A stretch of 64,000 nt of DNA from an uncultured Gemmatimonadaceae bacterium. Lineage in GTDB: Bacteria > Gemmatimonadota > Gemmatimonadetes > Gemmatimonadales > Gemmatimonadaceae. Of this stretch, positions 59,266 to 64,000 are shown in pieces. The stretch is from positions 1 to 64,000 of the forward strand of contig CAVVTZ010000011.1 of the NCBI GenBank assembly GCA_963751275.1. The letters run 5' to 3'. Each line of letters begins with the position of its first letter. Positions within the stretch are counted from its first letter, which is position 1. The notes below the pieces were generated by a model, which made no database searches, was not told the DNA's origin, and saw only the letters and a list, made by a program, of their open reading frames with translations. A program made the translations under genes and the position numbers.

Positions 59266-59307
59266 GAACGAAAGAGCGCAACCCGGGAGGGCTGCGCTTT
59301 TTCGTTC
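59266..59307. terminator. probable bidirectional intrinsic terminator after the tRNAs
   Basis: gaacgaaagagcgca-acccgggagggc-tgcgctttttcgttc. Confidence 0.7.
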
Positions 59308-59345
59308 ACGGTCAACGCGCTCGATGCCCGAATTGCTCCGCGTCG

Positions 59346-59801
59346 CTAGCGCACGATGAGCAACTGATTGGAGCCGTAGTATCGGGGCTGCCCGCTGGCG
59401 TGCGCCACGGTCCCGTCGGACCAGAGCTCGATCGAATCACCTTCGGCGACGTCGCCCGGCTTGGCACTCCACAAAGTCCCATTCCGCCAGCTTGACGAAC
59501 ACAGGGCTGACCCAGGCAGTCGTACCGATCTCGCCATCGATCAACCCGATTTCACCGACCGAGCCGAAGCCCGTCCTGAAATAGACGCTGTAGATGTCGC
59601 CATCGAATCCGTTCGGCTGCCCGCCGTTCGTATGGATGTCCCGGTGACGCTCCCCCCGAGATTCGGTGCGCTGGTGTCGGGGAGGGAGGTGACCCGCTGA
59701 CCACCGACGAGCAGAGGCGTTGGTGCAGCCGGACTACTACACGCAGCCACGATCGCGAGGCAGATCGCGGCCGGTAGGATGGAACTGGCGCCGAGTCGCA
59801 T
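59346..59801 (-). CDS. small lipoprotein inside the mini-island, frameshifted (possible pseudogene)
   Basis: GGAGG RBS; lipobox 'VAAC-SS'; coding fragments continue across frames to the stop at 59346. Confidence 0.5.
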
Positions 59802-60231
59802 AGGCTATCCTCCCTTGAGACTTCTTCGACGTCGCGCGGCGCGGGGCTTCGTAATTCAGCCGAGCGCCTGGATGATGAGTATACCGCGCGGATCATGGTT
59901 GTTCCACGGTTTCGGGGCCGCCTTGTGCGGTAGGCTGGGAGTAGGCTGCAGTCGGTGCGTCTCGGTGCGTTTCCTTGCGCGTTGTTGCGTCGTAGCGCAA
60001 CGTAACTCCATATGGCACGGGGTCGAGAGGCTCTTGAAATCCCCTTCCGGCAACGGAGTGCGGGTTCGAGTCCCGCCCTGGGCATTGCACGACGCAGGTC
60101 GCGGCAGTCGGACCGCGCGAATCGCGCGGGACACCTGCGGTGCGAGCGCGTGACGCCCTTCCCGCGCGGCGCGTCGTCGTGGGAGGCGCGGTGATCCGCC
60201 CGCGCTGTGCGGACACCCACGGCCCGGTGCC

Positions 60232-60895
60232 ATGAAGGATCTCACGTTCGACCCCTACGATTACCTCGGCTACCTGATCATCGGCCTCGTGGCGCTTATC
60301 GGCTGCCAGGCGGTGTTCGGGGCACCGCAGATCCTCGGCCGGCACTTCAGAGCGGCGGACCTCACCGGGCTGGTGGCATCCGCGGTCATCGCCGGCAGGT
60401 TCATCGGGAAGGCCGGCGAAGTTCTTCATGGAAGACATCGCCGTCGGCAAGCTCATGCTCCCCCCGGGCGAGGTCCTCTGGGCCCAGCGCAGCAGGCCGG
60501 TGCTCGCACGACTGCTGCCTGGATACTACGCGCCGCTCGAGGCGTCGCTCCAACAGCGCGTCACGTCGAAGGTGCTCGCGGAGGGCGCGCCGGCCTTGGG
60601 CGGCGAGGAACTCCTGCAGCACATTCGTTCCCACGAGCGCATTCGGGCGGACAGCGCGCTCACGGCGAGGCTGCAAGCGTTCCTCAAGCGCTCCGGCTTC
60701 GCGCGCAATCTCAGCTTCGTCGCGGGAGCGTTCGGCGTGACCGTTCTGCTCGTCTCGCCCTTTCAGGCCGACGGCGCTCGAACGCTGCTCGCCCTCTTTG
60801 CCGTGATCGCCGCCGGTATGCTCTTCGTTCGCTTCATCAAGCTGTACCGTCGCCACGCGATGGAACTGTTCGAAGGCTACGCATCGCTGAGCTAG
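60232..60895 (+). CDS. hypothetical ~4-TM membrane protein, frameshift near 60425
   Basis: 'FDPYDYLGYLIIG' N-terminal TM pair and C-terminal TM pair in the adjacent frame. Confidence 0.6.
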
Positions 60896-60921
60896 CGGCG
60901 GTCATAACCTCCTGTTGCGAT

Positions 60922-60949
60922 GAGGGGCCTCCCGACGGGGAGGCCCCTC
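60922..60949. terminator. stem-loop between convergent genes
   Basis: gaggggcctccc-gacg-gggaggcccctc. Confidence 0.75.
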
Positions 60950-60975
60950 TTCATTCACGGAACAGCAGCGTGCGG

Positions 60976-63900
60976 CTACGGATCGAACGGATCGAAGTCC
61001 TCGCCGCCCGCGGCTGACGCGCCATCGCCCACGTAATTCTCCACGCGCAGCACCTGATGCTGCGACGCGCCCTTCCACGTCAGCGTGACCAGGTAGTCGC
61101 CGGTCTCGACGAGGCCGGCACCGCGCCGGCCGAAGAACCCGCCGCCCGGCAGCGCCTTCGCCGCACGCAGCGCGCCCAGCACCTCGCGCACCACGTCCTC
61201 GCTCACCATTCCCTCGGGCGCGGCACCGCCGGGGCCACCAGCGCCACCCGCGGCGTGGGGCGCCTTCGTCGTATCTACGGCGCCGGCCTTGTGCGTCGTA
61301 TCCGCCGCGCCGCGACGTCCGCCGGCTCCCGGCACGCGCGGCAACGGGCTCTCGGCTGCGCGCTCGTTGAAGCGTCCACCACCACCGAAGCCGCCGCCGC
61401 CACCACCCTGCAGGAGATCGAAGATCGTGCCCTTGTCGAGGTGCTCACGGATGATCGCGATATCGGCCTTGCTCGCTGTCCCCGCCGTCTGGAGCGAGTC
61501 GAGCACGTGGTCCATCTTGCGCGCGCTGATCACGCTGTCGCGCAGTCCGGCCGGCGTGAGCGGCTTCGACTTGGCCGGTTTGGCCGCCAGGTTCCACGTC
61601 ACGGTGTGCATCCCCGCGCCGCCGCGGCCGTTCAGCGTCTGCATCGTGTCGCCCTTCATGTTCGTGATCACGATCTTCACGGTGTCCTTCGGCGTGCCGC
61701 CGGAGATGCGGTACGCGATCCCCGCGCCGAACGGCGCATTCCGTCCGCTCCACGTGCCCTGTCCCTCCGAGATCTCCGCGCCCGGCGCCTCGCCGAAGGC
61801 GTAGGCGGTCTTGGGCGAGAACAGGTAGGCGTCCTTCGACATCACGCTGTCATTGAGCTGCTGGAGCACCGAGACGTCCGCGATCCAGATGCCGCGGCCG
61901 TGCGTCGCCGCGATGAGGTCGTGGTCGCGCGGATGGATCTTGAGGTCGTGCACCGGCACTGTGGGCAGGCCGTTCATGAACTTCTGCCAGCTGGCCCCAC
62001 GGTCGCGCGAGATGTACGCGCCCACGTCGGTGCCCACGTAGAGCAGATCGCGGTTCACGGGATCCTCGCGGATCACGTGCAGGAAGTCGGGGCCGCCCGT
62101 GGGCAGATTCCCAACGATCGACTTGAACGTCTTTCCCCAATCGTTCGTGACGTACGACGTACGGCGCGAAATCGTTCGTGCGGTGGCCGTCGAACGCCAC
62201 GTAGAACGTCGCGCTGTCGAAGTGCGACGGCTCGATGCGCACCACGTACGTCTTGGCCGGCACGCCCGGGAAGCGGCCGGTGAGGTTCTCCCACGCGGCG
62301 CCGTCATTGTGCGTGAGCCAGACGTTGCCGTCATCGGTGCCCGCGAAGAGGAGCCCGGGCTGGATGTACGACTCCGCGAGCGCGGTGATCGTGCCGTACG
62401 TCTCCGCGCCGGTGACGTCGTTGCGTGATGCCGCCCGTGGAATCCATGCTCCAGCGGACCTTCGCGCATGTCGTGCGTGGAGAGGTCCGGCGAGATCGGG
62501 ACGAGGTTGTCGCCGCGATCGCTGGACCGGAGCACCCGGTTGCCGCCGATGTAGATCGTGGACGCCGAATGCGGGGAGATGAAGTACGGCGTGTTCCAGT
62601 TGAAGCGCATGTCGAGATCGGTCGAGTCCTTCAGCTGCATTGCCCGCAATTCGGCGAGCGCGCTTCTTCATCGCGGACGGTTCCGGCTTCGTGGTGTCGC
62701 CGCGGTCGGCGAGGATCGAATCCTCCACCAGCAGATACGTCGGGCGCCACGAGGGCTTCACGATCGGCTTACTCTCGCCCGTGCGATAATCGAGCCGGCG
62801 GATGTTGCCGCCCTGCGACTCGGCGTAGATGATGTTCGGGTTCGTCGGGTCCTGCGCCGTGTAGAATCCGTCGCCGCCGCCCACCGTGAACCAATCGAAG
62901 TTGGTGATCGGATTGCGCACCTTCCGGCTCGGCCCGCACCAGCGCCGTTGTCCTGCAGGCCGCCGCACACGCGGTACGGCACCGCGAAGTCGTAGCTCAC
63001 TTCGTAGAACTGGCCGATCACGATCTTGTTCAGGAAGTCGAAGTTGCCGCCGCGATCCCACGTCTGCGACACGCCGCCGTCATCGCCGACGAGGAAGTGT
63101 TCGCCATCGTTCGGGTCGATCCACATCGCGTGGTGGTCCACGTGGATGCCGATCGTGCCGTTGCCCACGGTCTTGCCGCCGTCATCGGAGAACTTGAACG
63201 GCGTGCTCGACCAGTACACGCGATCCGGGATTCTGCGGGTCCACGCGCACCTGCGAGTAAGTAGAACGGGCGCACGTCGCTGTCGTTCATCCATCGTCCA
63301 GGTCTTGCCGCCGTCCTCGGAGCGATAGAGGCCGCTGAGCAGCCGCTGCTTGACCGGCGCCTTGGTCTTCGCGCCCGCCGAGTCGCTGCCGGCGCGAGCA
63401 TGGGTGCTGCTTGGTGCGCATCGAGTCCGCCTCGACCAGCGCGTACACGATCTTCGGATCGCTGCGCGCGATGGCGATGTTGATGCGCCCCATCATCGTC
63501 GCCGGGAAGCCGCCGCCCTCGATCTTCGTCCACGTCTCGCCGGCGTCGGTGGTCTTCCAGAGCGCCGGAGCCGGGGCCGCCGCTCTTCAGGAAGTACGGG
63601 CCGCGCACGCGCTCGTAGCTCGACGCCTACAGCGACGTCGGGGTTCGACGGATCCATCGCGACGTCGACGAAGCCCGCCTTGTCGCTGATGAACTTCGAT
63701 GAGCTTCCACGTCTTGCCGCCGTCGGTGGTCTTGTACGAGGCCGCGCTCCGGGTTCGCGTCCCACGCGTGGCCGAGCGCCGCGACGTAGACGATGTTCGG
63801 ATCGGTCGGGATGCACGACGATGCGCCCGATCTGCTGCGTCTTCTCGAGGCCCATGAACTTCCAGGTCTTGCCGCCGTCGGTGGTCTTGTAGACGCCGCC

Positions 63901-64000
63901 GCCCGGGGAGATCGAGTTGCGCGTGTTCTGCTCGCCCGTGCCGGCCCACACCTGATTCGTGTCGCTCGGCGCGATCGCGAGCGCACCCATCGACACGACG
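60976..64000 (-). CDS. large VPS10/sortilin-like BNR (Asp-box) repeat beta-propeller protein, 5' end outside the window, many frameshifts
   Basis: Repeated S/TxDGGKTW motifs; 'GGLQDNG', 'GGGDGF', 'RFNWNTP', 'GTDDG', 'ATHGRG'. Confidence 0.85.

Larger units (their letters stand above)
59169..60085. mobile_element. att-flanked mini-island / integrative element remnant at tRNA-Leu
   Basis: Exact 49-bp direct repeat of the tRNA-Leu 3' half at 59169-59217 and 60037-60085; no integrase inside. Confidence 0.75.

Noticed and set aside
60033..60085. Second tRNA-Leu gene
   Set aside because: Only the 3' half is present, with no D-arm or 5' acceptor strand. It is interpreted as an att repeat.

Overview
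GC-rich bacterial sequence with scattered single-base indels, typical of an unpolished long-read assembly. It appears to be two pieces joined near 6570-6585. (1) Positions 1-6584 are heavily frameshifted: GH130-like glycosidase, ligA, GNAT, gatC, gatA and an aminotransferase cut off at its 'GEPD' motif. I infer a Chloroflexota-like origin. (2) Positions 6557-64000 are a mostly core chromosome region that I infer is Gemmatimonadota-like: rfaE, EamA, asparaginase II, obgE, dprA, hemW-hrcA-dnaJ-prmA-rsmE-HIT, yqeY, mutS2, dnaG, recJ-rsmD-coaD-pta-RsbV/W/U-rsmA, rex/arcA, infC-rpmI-rplT-pheST-zapB-zapA-rny-folD-xseAB-ispA-dxs-nadK-recN, GH125-like/galK, FadL/SGNH, tRNA-Gly, tRNA-Leu and a VPS10/BNR protein. 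The most unusual elements are: three translationally coupled small TM/coiled-coil paralogs sharing an invariant C-terminal motif; several intergenic hairpins built from inverted tandem arrays (7-, 21- and 40-bp periods); a promoter-aligned ~124-nt hairpin RNA between zapA and rny; an L20-leader-like attenuator plus an ATT start for infC; a perfect Rex box between rex and an orphan arcA; repeated -10 motifs just upstream of start codons, suggesting leaderless mRNAs; and an integrase-less ~0.8-kb island flanked by tRNA-Leu direct repeats. No CRISPR array, rRNA or transposase was seen. Taxonomic and family calls come from motif recognition, not database searches.
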